Of a stretch of 40,271 nucleotides of DNA, positions 10,581 to 20,999 are shown one piece after another. Made by a program: the position numbers and the translations under genes. Positions within the stretch are counted from its first letter, which is position 1. Every line of letters begins with the position of its first letter. The notes under the pieces are model-generated. The model was not told the origin of the DNA. It saw nothing but the letters and a program-made list of their open reading frames with translations, and searched no databases. Source of the stretch: Mesotaenium endlicherianum (taxonomy: Eukaryota); NCBI GenBank assembly GCA_009602735.1, contig WELA01002856.1:252742-293012 (forward strand), given 5' to 3'.

Positions 10581-12373
10581 TTAAACCGTGAAAGGGTACG
10601 TAAGACGCAGATCAGCGAGTGAAAGACAAGGAATGTGCTGAATCCGGTGTTCCACCAGAGCCTTCAGCTTCTCCAGCGAAAAACTAAATGTCTTGCGTGG
10701 CCCAGGCTTGGCTTGTCGTAGCTGCGCAATCTCGTTCTCATCGAGAGTGATCCGAAAGGTCTGAGGAAGCTTCCCAGCATTCCTTGGAACCAGACGGTCA
10801 TGATCTGCGCGCTTCGCAGCCGTTGCAGCCACGGCCTTCTCAGGCGTCAGCTTCTCGCCTTTGCAGACGGTCTTTTCGGCCACATCTGCATCATAATAGA
10901 CATTGGGGACATTTAGTTTTGCGAATTGAGCTTTCAACTCTGCAATCTCTGCACTCATAGCATCATACTTCTGGTTACCCTTTCGGTTACCAGAGTTATC
11001 TTTCTCTTTTTTCTTACCCTTATCTCCCTCTTTCGTGGCAGCATTAGCCCATGGTGGCTTCAGATTTGGGTTCTTGGACCAACACTCATCTTCTGAGTGT
11101 CCCTTTTTGCTGCAATGTGCGCATACCTGCGCCTTGCTAGCAGACAATTGCTTAGCATCCGGGTACGGACAATCTCTCTTCTGATGTCCCCATTTCCCGC
11201 AATTCCAACAGCCCTCTGCTGTCTCAGCAGTGTTGGCGTGCTTAGCAAACCTATTGAAAGACCCGCTCTTCTTCTTAAACTGAAAATTAGAGCTATTGGC
11301 CTTAGGCTGAAAGGATTCCTCCTTTCTCTCAGGAGCCATAAGCGTCCTGGAAGCCTCCTTGTACCAGACTTTACCTTCCTCGACATTGCGTGCTATTTCA
11401 GCAGCCTCGTCGATGTTCCAGTCGATTCCGCGTTTCGTAGATAGGTGCGGCCTGACCTCCCGATCTATGTCTTTACCCAAACACAATAAGAATTTGTCAG
11501 CCACAATCCTAGGCTCATAGATTCCCGCCTTCTTGGCAAGGTCTACCAATCTGGATTTGACCTCCATCACTCTCTCGTTCTTCTGACGGACAAAATGCAC
11601 ATAATGGTGCACCTTAAGACTGCGATCCTCTGGGAAATCTGCTTCAAGCAACTTAAAGAAACGACGCTGACAGTGCTCAGAGTCTAACTGGTCATTCCCA
11701 GCCTCCATATCCCTACGGCAACTAGCCAACGCTTGCGCATGGCTTGCTTCCGTGGTGGCACTATCACCATGCTGCCCTGTAAAAGGTGCAGTCCAGCGCG
11801 TTACTCGTTCCTGAGCATTAGCAATCTTTTCAGACAATTCTGCACACACTTTACGCAATTCTGCGACACACCCAGCATCATCATCTCAAGTAGCCGCTCG
11901 CTGTTGACCCTCGATGAGTTGCCTCATGGCATCTGTTAATTCTTGTGTTAGTGCAGCTAAGTCTACGCTCTCAACAGGTGCAGCAGGTTTCGCTCTTCCT
12001 GATAACAAAGCGGACAGGCGGGCTTTCGCAGCCTGTTTCTGGATTTTTAAATTCCTCGCCTTCTTTTGCTCGTCAAACGCCCATTCCTGGGTAAGGTTCT
12101 CATTCTTCCGGAATTGGCGATAAAGCAACAAGGCATCCTTGTCCAAGTACTGAACCAAGCTTATAAAAGCGACTGACTGAGTGTAAGAAGAATCCTTTTG
12201 GATTCTCTCAAAGAAATCAGCCCAATAGATCTCATCAAACTCTTCGAAAGTGAGACTATTTCCACCTGTTCGTCCACTAAAACACTTTGTAGACAGCTCA
12301 AACTTAGGATTTTCATCCTTATCATCACCAGTCATTTCGAATGGTGACTAAGACTCACTAACTTTACCCCACA
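10581..12373 (-). pseudogene. gag: Gag (main part) with two CCHC zinc knuckles
   Basis: ORFs 11886-12335 and 10581-11858 share one frame separated by a TGA. FVRQKNERVMEV major-homology-like region. Knuckles CWNCGKWGHQKRDC and CAHCSKKGHSEDEC. Confidence 0.88.
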
Positions 12374-12876
12374 TGTAGTGATTTGAGTTATTACATATTA
12401 GTTTGCATATATTTTAATGTTTTCAAATATATTTGGAGTAGTATTGTGTGGAGTCAAGTGTGAATAGGTACTCTAGTAACTTGGTTCATGTCCTTTGAAC
12501 CTTCCAAGGCATTTTTGAAGTTTGAGGAAAGACCTAGAAGAACTCCATGTGGCAAAAGTCAAATGTGCCATTTTTAGGTCAAAAGGACATGTGTACATTA
12601 TTCTAGAAAGAGGTGGCAAGTTTTGGGATGTGTTGGGTGCCAACACATCAACATACACCTTCCTAGAAATTACTTATGTAGCAAGTATATAAACAAGAGC
12701 TAGAACATAGAAAGACATTCCAGAATCACTCTTGTACTTGCCAAAATCCAGAAATATATTAACTTTCAAGAAGCCATCTCTCTTTCAAGAAGCTACCACT
12801 TGTGTTCAAAGATCCTTGTCTTGAATAGATAAAGTATTCTGTTTTACTAAGTACTTTATCTATCTGTTTCACTACA
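12374..12876 (+). repeat. 5' LTR of nested chromovirus
   Basis: TGTAGTG...CACTACA with 7-bp inverted termini, TATATAAA at 12686-12693, and 6 substitutions versus the 3' LTR counted by eye. Confidence 0.97.
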
Positions 12877-12877
12877 G

Positions 12878-12889
12878 TGGTATCGGAGC
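12878..12889 (+). promoter_or_regulatory. Primer binding site, initiator tRNA-Met type
   Basis: TGGTATCGGAGC one base after the 5' LTR, with one mismatch to the canonical plant TGGTATCAGAGC. Confidence 0.88.
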
Positions 12890-13150
12890 TAGGCACTTTG
12901 GTAGCACAAGAAGATGGCCGATCCTCAAGACCAACAGCAAGCTTTCGAAGGAAGCCCTTCCTCTCCAAGACACCCTCCTCCAGCGCCGATGGGAGAGCCC
13001 ACTCAAGAAAATCTGCAAAACAAGAAGCACCACAAGGAGGAGCACCGTCAAATCCGGTGGCAGCCGCTATAGCAAAGTTAACCCCACCACAAGGAGTTCT
13101 CGCAAATGAGTGGGCAGCCTTCCTAATGACCGTCCACAACCAAGTGGGCN

Positions 13151-14120
13151 TGGCCATTTCTAGAAAAATCTCTTTAAGAACTTGGGTACATCGCTGGATA
13201 TGTCCACTGCCTACCACCCGCAATCAGATGGGCAAACCGAGCGTATGAATCGTACTCTAAAGACCTCTTTAAAGGCCTACGTGTCTACCCTCGAGCAAGA
13301 CTGGGACATGTACTTGACCCCCCTCGAGTTTGCCTACAACAACACTACGCAGGCCTCTACCCAAGAGTCCCCATTCTTCCTCAACTATGGCTTCCATCCG
13401 ACCACGCCACTGAGCTTCACGGCTGGCCTTGATGAAGTACCTGCAGCCACAGATTTTATGGAGACATTAGAAGCAGCCCTTACAGCAGCGAAGAAAGCTC
13501 TACAACACGCGCAAGATGCTCAAGCAAGAGTGGCGAACAGATCCAGAAGAGAAATTACGTACAAAGCGGGTGACAACGTGTCACTATCATCCAAGAATAT
13601 TTCCGTGAACAACAGGCCTGCCGGCAGCAAGTTCTCTCCCAAGTATTTGGGACCCTTCAAGATTATCCAGCAAGTCAACCCCGTTGCTTTCAAGCTAGAA
13701 CTTCCCCAGACTATGCACATCGACCCCGTATTCCACGCTTCCCTCTTCAAGCCATATGTGCAACCCGACAACAAGTTCCCAGGACGTGTGACAACCCCAC
13801 CAGCCCCAACAATAGTGGATGATCATTTGGAGTACGAAGTGGAAGACATAGTGGCTATGAGAAATTTCAGGAGACAGCAGCAATACTTGATCAAGTGGAA
13901 AGGATATCCAGATTCGGAGAATAGTTGGGTGGCGGCGCACTACCTTGACAAAGTTCAGAGAAAGTTGAAGCGCTTCCATGCCGCCAACCCCCATCTTGGA
14001 CCAGCCCCAAGTCTCTCTACTAGAAGCCCGAAGACTTCAGGGAGGCAGCCTGCCACCATCAAGAAGCAGCAGAAGACCCCTTGGAGGCAGCCTGCAAGAA
14101 CAAGAAAGAGGAAAAATTGA
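13151..14120 (+). pseudogene. Integrase C-terminal half with GPY/F motif and chromodomain
   Basis: STAYHPQSDGQTERMN, EFAYN, SPFFLNYG, KYLGPFKI, PVFHASL. Chromodomain YEVEDIV...YLIKWKGYPDSENSW. One in-frame TAG just after the n. Confidence 0.93.
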
Positions 14121-14745
14121 CATTAGACACTCTTCTCTTCTCGCAGTTTCTGGACAGAAAACTAAAACTGCTACTGGTAATAGGTCTCTGCATAATAAAT
14201 TCTGAAAATTTACCTGGCTGTAGTCCATGAGTAGCCGGTCATTTAGAGTCCAAGTTTGCTCAATTTGGAGCACTGGTGAGAGAGATATGATGCTCTAAGT
14301 AGAAGGGGGTCAGGCTGCTGGCATTGTTAGGGCAGAATATGCCTTCTGACATTGTGCCCTCCCCTGAACTTGGAATGCTCTGAAACTCAAGACTCTGGTA
14401 GAACATCTTACAGCGCCCAGTTTGAGACTTAGTTTGCAGAATTTGGAGAAGTATAGAAGGACTTATGATTTTCAGAAGTTTCTGCACAGATTTGGAGGAG
14501 TGCCTACTCTCTCAGCTCTCAACGACACTCCAGAAATGAGAATGCTCTCAAATTTGGTGACCCGGTAGAGTTCTCCGACGCGGTCCGTCTGGCACTCGAA
14601 TTTTCAGATTTGGAGCAGTTCTGTGGCCGCTATGAATTTTTGAGTTCGTGGCAGATTCTGGGCCAACTTGTACAATTTTCTTTATCATTAAGGAGTAGGC
14701 TAGCCAATAAGGTCACACCACCTACGACCTTGCCTAGTCTACCTT

Positions 14746-14856
14746 ACATGTGTAGCACCTGACTTGGCGCCTTTGACTAGTCCTCTTCACATGTGTGGCA
14801 TCTGACTTGAAACTGTTGACTAGTTTGCTCCACATGTGTAAGACCTGACTTGACGC
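14746..14856 (+). repeat. About 2.6 tandem copies of a 43-bp unit in the chromovirus 3' UTR
   Basis: ACATGTGT....CTGACTTG......TTGACTAGT units start at 14746, 14789 and 14832. Confidence 0.85.
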
Positions 14857-14879
14857 GCCGAGACGTCGCTTTTTCTATC

Positions 14880-14889
14880 GGGGGGGTGA
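14880..14889 (+). other. Polypurine tract of nested chromovirus
   Basis: GGGGGGGTGA immediately before the TG of the 3' LTR. Confidence 0.85.
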
Positions 14890-15392
14890 TGTAGTGATTT
14901 GAGTTATTATATATTAGTTTGCATATATTTTAATGTTTTCAAATATATTTGGAGTAGTATTGTGTGGAGTCAAGTGTGAATAGGTACTCTAGTAACTTGG
15001 TTCATGTCCTTTGAACCTTCCAAGGCATTTTCGAAGTTAGAGGAAAGACCTAGAAGAACTCCATGTGGCAAAAGTCAAATGTGCCATTTTTAGGTCAAAA
15101 GGACATGTGTACATTATTCTAGAAAGAGGTGGCAAGTTTTGGGATGTGTTGGGTGCCAACACATCAACATACACCTTCCTAGAAATTACTTATGTAGCAA
15201 GTATATAAACAAGAGCTAGAACATAGAAAGAGATTCCAGAATCACTCTTGTACTTGCCAAAATCCAGAAATATATTAACTTTCAAGAAGCCATCTCTCTT
15301 TCAAGAAGCTACCACTTGTGTTCAAAGATCCTTGTCTTGAATAGATAAACTATTCTATTTTACTAAGTACTTTATCTATCTGTTTCACTACA
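14890..15392 (+). repeat. 3' LTR of nested chromovirus
   Basis: 503-bp near-identical copy of 12374-12876, followed by TSD CCACA. Confidence 0.97.
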
Positions 15393-15639
15393 CCACACGT
15401 CGTGCTCTCTGCCCAAATTGGGTACAAAGGCTTGCGCGTTATACGGATTCTCACCGTTTGTGGCAGTATGGCGAGACTCGTCTCTCGACGGTTGCTCACT
15501 CCACAGGTTATCCGTGCGCTCAGATGTCTCACTTCCTCGTGGACTTTGACTTGAATCAGAACCTTCCGNGACTTTGACTTGAATCAGAACCTTTCGCAGG
15601 ATCCACAGTTTAGTAGAGTCTTCCACTCCTCAACCGCAT
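15393..15639 (-). pseudogene. gag: N-terminal piece of the DNMT-Gypsy gag, split off by the nested insertion
   Basis: Starts MRLRSGR (ATG 15639), an LRSG-type Gag N-terminus. After removing the insertion and one TSD it reads ...REHDVWGKVSES*SPFEMTGDD in frame with ORF 11886-12335. Confidence 0.7.
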
Positions 15640-15873
15640 GTACGGTTGAATTTCTCCGGGGCCCCTTCCAGGTTGAGCACCGGCAGCCCTCACAGGCCTC
15701 AATCCCCAATTTGCTTGGGAATTTCTCTTCACCTGAACCACGGAACCGAAGTTTTCAGAAGTAGGACGGAAGTCTCTTACTTCCACATAGGCTTTATGTC
15801 TTGAGGTTCTTGGGTTCACAGGCGAGCAAATTGTAGTTTGCAGAAATCACACTCTAAGCAGCTTGACATATAA

Positions 15874-17004
15874 CGTCAGATTCAGAGAAAATTGCCCTTC
15901 AGGCTTTCGCTTAACTTTCACAAAGTCACAGCTTACAAAACTCTGAAACTACACGTCTATGCTGGCCTGGGTCAAGCTCTTCACTTAACACCGCGCCTTA
16001 ACAGTTCTTTACTGCCAGGCTAGGCTCACTCAGTTCTTCACTGAGAGCTTTATCTGCCAATACTACCCTCTCTCTTCGAGATGCGAATGCGACTTCTGAG
16101 AACTTGGAAACTAACACACAACTCACCAATTTAAGGCTGCTTCACACACACTTGTGGCTGTGCTAATCTCCTAGCCAATTCTATTCTGCAGTTCTCCTAC
16201 TTTCAACAGTGAGATTCCCTCTTGGGAACTCCTACAATCCTAACTTATCTATGATACATTGAGAAGAATCTTCAGCGTCGGCAGAAGCGTGGGGCCTCGG
16301 CTCTCCAATGGCCTTGGGAACTCCTTCTTCTTCTTTGCGCCCTTCTTCTCCTTCCTTCTGCTCCTTCTGCTCCTTCTGCTTCTTGGCAAAAGTGCGTGAG
16401 AGTGAATAACATGTCTCAGGCAAGATTCGTGCCTTTTGCAGGCACCACACAGCGTCATCTTCGAGAATGCCGTGCTTAGTCACAAAGCTTAGCTGCATGT
16501 CGCTTCTGCCTAGCCATGCTCAACTCAAGCTCGTAGTCACTCGGCATGCATGCACACCTCGTGACTGTCGCGTGTGGCTGCTTAGCTTCTCAGCTGGCAA
16601 TCACGCCTAATTGGCTCATGGCTAAGAACTCCTGAGCGGCGTGTACAAGCAAATGCCACTTGCTCAAGATTCCCAACCGGGCGGCCGTAACCTATCTTGG
16701 CATTGCGGCCATGACCTGGCTTAATCTGCCAGTCACACAGTACCTGACTTGGTACCTGCTGGGCGGCTCATCACTGATCCCCAGCTTCTAGCCTCGCGGC
16801 TGTCTATGCTGTCAAAACCTCCCCCATCCCTGGGTGTGGGGCACATTGACATTGACCCCTTGCCAGTGGTCTTGACGCCGACATAACCGCTGACTGCGAC
16901 GTAATCAGTCAAGTGGTCGGTGAGTCAACGTTGACTTTCCGTACCTGGATGGCCGTAGCTTGCGCTGCGCGTGCGGCACCGTCAAACGGATAGTAGTCGC
17001 GACA
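15874..17004 (-). repeat. 5' LTR of the DNMT-Gypsy element
   Basis: 1131-bp direct repeat of 2252-3371, with 11 extra bp near 15909 and first base C instead of T. Confidence 0.9.
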
Positions 17005-17553
17005 TAAATCACGTCGCGCCTAAAGACCACTGTAAACAACTCTTTTATCGCGCTCAAATTGAAAATGTACCTGCAGGTACCTTTTAGTACTTTTCAATAA
17101 ATCAAGTCGCTATCGATGTGCCGACTGTAAACCGGGCCTAAACAAGTGAGAACAAGATTCTGAAAATGATCGAAAAGACGGCACTGGAGGTACCAGGATG
17201 TACTCGCGCTTCGCAAGTTTGCGAGGGGCCTGTACAATCATGTTCACATTTGAATGGCACCTTCTACCTGCTTCTACCCAACGTGAGACTCACGCACCGT
17301 CCGATACATGAGGTCCCGCGCGGGCTGCAGTACAATCTACTTGCCTTTTGAAGGCACGTGGAAACATCGTGTAAATATTTACGACGAATCGTTTTTTGTT
17401 CTTCAATTGCTCCTCAAGTTGCTACTTAGCTTCGTGGTGTATTCTGCTCACATCACTCACCCAGCATGCAATGAGTGTCCGCACTCTACGATACAAGCTT
17501 CTCTTTGCAGACAGACGTAAGATGGGCACATTAGCATACTGCTGAGAGAGCGG

Positions 17554-19854
17554 ATGGCTGAAGTTTCTCGTGGGAATCCCATGTCTGTGGTTAATAGAGC
17601 GGTAGCCCTTGCACCGGAACATGTTGAGGCTTCCGCAGTTGTAAATGCTCCATTTATCCGTAACGATGCATATGGTCACATGGGAGCTGGTCGTCTCAAT
17701 TTCAGGGAGAAAATTTCATTGTGTCTGGCATCAGTGGCTTTGTTACCAATTCGACTTGTTATCATTCTACTGTCTATCCTATCATTTTACTTCATCTGCT
17801 GCATAGCAACTCTCTGCCTGAAGCCCAGGGGAGACTATAGGCTGAGCGGATTGAGGTTAAGAATTGTCATGACTTCTGGCCGTTATCTTGCTCGCGTGGT
17901 AATGCTACTCTACCTTCTGATTATCTCTGTAACTGGTTTCGTGGAAGGGCAAGTGGCACGTTGAGGCGGTCACCTTACTTATAAGCTTAAAACCTGACGC
18001 CGCAGCCGCTCTCTCTACCAGGTGCTCTTTGCGTTGGGATTTCACTATATTAAAGAGGAAACCCTGCTGGCAGACGCAAGAGTGCAGCTGAGCCCTGGCT
18101 CTGAAGGACTGGTAAGCTTTACTATTTCATATGGATTTATGGTGCAAGAGGTGACTTCTGTCGAGGGATGCCAAAGGGGCTGTGCCCATTCCTTTCTGCG
18201 GACGTGCACGTTGCTGACTTCAGCACTGCCACTGCTCAACCATCTGCAGAGAAGGGCTGTGAGTGCAAAAGTGGTTGCTTGCGCGAGCAGGCTCACAGGA
18301 AGCAAGGGAATGGGACCGATGATGCCACCTGTGTAGTTTCCAACCACGTGTCTTGGGTGGACATCCTGTACCACGTGTACGCTCATCCTAGAGGCCTTCC
18401 TGCGTTTGCAGCAAAGGTACACTCATGGCACCTGGTGGAAGTGCGCGTAAGGCATGCTGCTCCTGGAAGGCGAGGCGGAGTCTCAATGTTGCTGCTCTCT
18501 TTCTGTGTGTATGGGGTTGGGGAGGGGGGGGACAGAGCTCGCTGGCAGCGGTTCCCGTGATTGGATTCCTGAGGTACTAGTGCTACTTTGAGCTTGGCAG
18601 AGTCTCCTCATTTCGCGTGCTCTGGAGCGTCGATAACGCCCGCTGGATGTGTCACTGCTTGTGGCGGGGCTGCAGCAACTGCCTGAGCTGCATGTATGTT
18701 GATCGTGAATTCAAGCCGGCCGGAGGGGGAGGAGTTGCAGGTCAGTAGGTCAGCAGGGGCCCTGCTTGCTCAGCTGCCCCTCCCGCACTCTCGCTGGGCC
18801 AGGTTGGCGCGGAGCATGAAAGCCTGCTGATGGGATGGAAGGGAAGGAGGGAGGCAGGCATAGTGAAGGAGCGCATGCAGGCGGCACAGCAGCAGCCGGG
18901 CAACTCCCCATTGCCCCTGCTCTTTCCTGGTGAGTGGGTGGGTGGGTGGGTGTGGCTGTGCTGTGCACAAGTGCGGTGTGTGGTGGGCAGAGGATGGACG
19001 GCGCACCTGACAGCCGGGCCTGGCCTGGGGGTGAGAGGGGTGCAGAGGGGACAACCACAAATGGGCGCTACCTGCTGCCATTCAAGACAGGCGCGTTCTT
19101 GGCCGGCACGCCCGTGCTACCCGTGCTGTTGCACTACCGCCCCTCCAAGCTCAGTCCGGCCTGGGAGAGCATCAGTGGGGTATGTGGCGTGCATGCTGCT
19201 CACTCACGCCCTGCTGTCACGTTATTTTTTAACTTGAATGAAAATGGATGTGCTGAGGAAAGCATCTTATCTTCGTTGCTGCAGGGCCGACACGTGTTTC
19301 TGATGCTCTGCCAGCTGTCGCACCGCCTTGAAGTGCTCCGCCTTCCAGTGTACTACCCAAGTGCAAGAGAAAGACAGGATCCCAAACTGTTTGCCTTGAA
19401 CGTGCGGCAGCTCATGGCTGACTCGGTGAGTGCGTGGCGCCCTTCTCTCCATCATGTGTCACCGTCCTTCTCAAGTCTGCTGGAGGTGAGCCAGAGATGT
19501 CAGACGTGTGATGCTCGAACAGGTTTTCCCTGCGCTTACGGACGGCCACTAATGGGTGAGGGGAATGGGAGCTAGAGGCCCTCATGTGCATGCAGGCTTG
19601 CAAGCAGGTGCCAGAGACGTCCTTTTAGGACATTAATATGTATGCTGCTATCAGTTGCTAGAATCTGCTGGGTCTCATACAAATTTTGCGTGCAGCTCAG
19701 CAGGTCTACGGTCTAGGCTGCACGCTTGCAACGCAGTTCGTCACACTCTTGCTGTTGTTGGCAGGGGGTTTTGCCACTATCAAGCTCAACTTTGGTGGAG
19801 AAGAGAGCGTACCATGCCGTCCTTCGCTCTTCCTCTTTGACCAAGGCTGAGTGA
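17554..19854 (+). CDS. LPEAT: Lysophospholipid acyltransferase, LPEAT-like (9 exons)
   Basis: Exons 17554-17898, 18022-18111, 18291-18416, 18536-18573, 18676-18740, 18858-18929, 19046-19179, 19285-19425 and 19765-19854 splice in frame via GT-AG. Motifs SNHVSWVD (HxxxxD), YVDRE, LFPEGTTTNG, FKTGAF, SPAWESIS and EKRAYH. Confidence 0.88.
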
Positions 19855-20999
19855 TCCTTGGGATAATGAGTATGGAGTAATAATGTGCGCTGCATATGTC
19901 CTAGACTTGTGTGTTCCCAATAAGTTGATGTTGCTGCCTTGCTTCCTCCACTCCATGAATGACAAGTGATTATCCTGTTTCATCTTCTGTGTGTCCCTTG
20001 GAGCGGAAAGTAGCATCGCGTCTTGAAAGTGGTGGACAGCTATTTATTGGCTTAGAACAGTGCAGCTCCATGCCGCTTTCATGTGCCGGTTCCTGTTGAG
20101 TGGTCTAAGTTGGTCCCTCTTTTCTTCTCTGATCAGGTGACAATGAAATACAATTGGAATGGTGTAGGAAGCCTCATTTCACTTGCAGGGAATAGGGCGG
20201 AGCGTGCAGCATTTTTGACTCTTTCGTGTGTAAAGACTGGCTGCATATTTCTCATTGCGTCGACCATCTGAAAGTCACACTAAGTGTTCACCCTGGATAT
20301 CAACTTAATTTGGCATAATCTTCCTCAAAGCCTTTAGCAGGCTGTTGATTTGACATGTTTGGCACTTGTTTGCGCTGTCGGCAATAAGTTTCTGATGTAG
20401 TCAGTGGTGTTGTGGCTGCAGTCTAAATACTTATTTTTGCTCGAATTGGTTCATTTGGAAAAGGTGTGAAATCCGTGACTGTTTGCAGTGAGTGGTGTTC
20501 TTCTAATTGCTACGAGATACAAGTTGAGTAATATTTTCGAACACTTCTATGGAGGAAGGTCAAAGCGACAATATGCATATTTTTACCGTGCATTAGTTGG
20601 TTCAGTAAAGAAAGCTGACACGGATGAGTCTTGAAACAGCCCGGATTCATTATGATGGTTTTCCAAGGCAGATCGAGCTTTATATTGACGCGTCTCGATT
20701 TGTCCATGTTAAATTTTCTCCGTCGCATTCCCAACAGGAGGTAGTATAATGATGATTCAAGGCCATTAAGTGTGGCTTCAATAAAAAGAGGCTGCCATAT
20801 TTGATTTGGACACTTTGAGAACACAAGTGAAATGCTGTTTGTACAACACACCAAAGTAGTCTAAGAGGGATCAGCTTGTGACATACGGTTCGTGAATAGG
20901 GCTGCTAGAAGGAAGTCTTGCCACTAGAATTCGGTCTAAAATTGAAGAAAGGCTACCCCACCTTAGCCTGGATATAAAATGCATACGCCTGTGCCACTT

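Larger units (their letters stand above)
12374..15392 (+). mobile_element. Nested Ty3/Gypsy chromovirus (most of gag-pol absent at an assembly n)
   Basis: Two 503-bp TG...CA LTRs. 5-bp TSD CCACA at 12369-12373 and 15393-15397. PBS, PPT and integrase-chromodomain present. Gag start joins integrase at the n at 13150. Confidence 0.95.
2252..17004 (-). mobile_element. Decayed Ty3/Gypsy LTR retrotransposon encoding a C5 DNA methyltransferase and a PHD-finger integrase (interrupted by a nested chromovirus)
   Basis: Direct repeats of about 1.12 kb at both ends. Internal minus-strand order is gag-PR-DNMT-RT-RH-INT-PHD, and RT-RH-INT order defines Ty3/Gypsy. Multiple in-frame stops and frameshifts. 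Confidence 0.93.

Noticed and set aside
13140..13160. Nested chromovirus as a natural non-autonomous deletion derivative
   Set aside because: The gag-to-integrase jump falls exactly on an assembly n (13150), so the missing several kb may be collapsed sequence.
14746..14856. CRISPR-like array
   Set aside because: Eukaryotic retroelement context, degenerate whole-unit tandem repeats, and no unique spacers or cas genes.
15542..15596. 27-bp tandem duplication in gag
   Set aside because: Copies flank a single n, typical of unmerged contig overlap.
19596..19628. Alternative last exon of LPEAT
   Set aside because: 19765-19854 gives the family-like LVEKRAYH ending, and this segment shows no such similarity.
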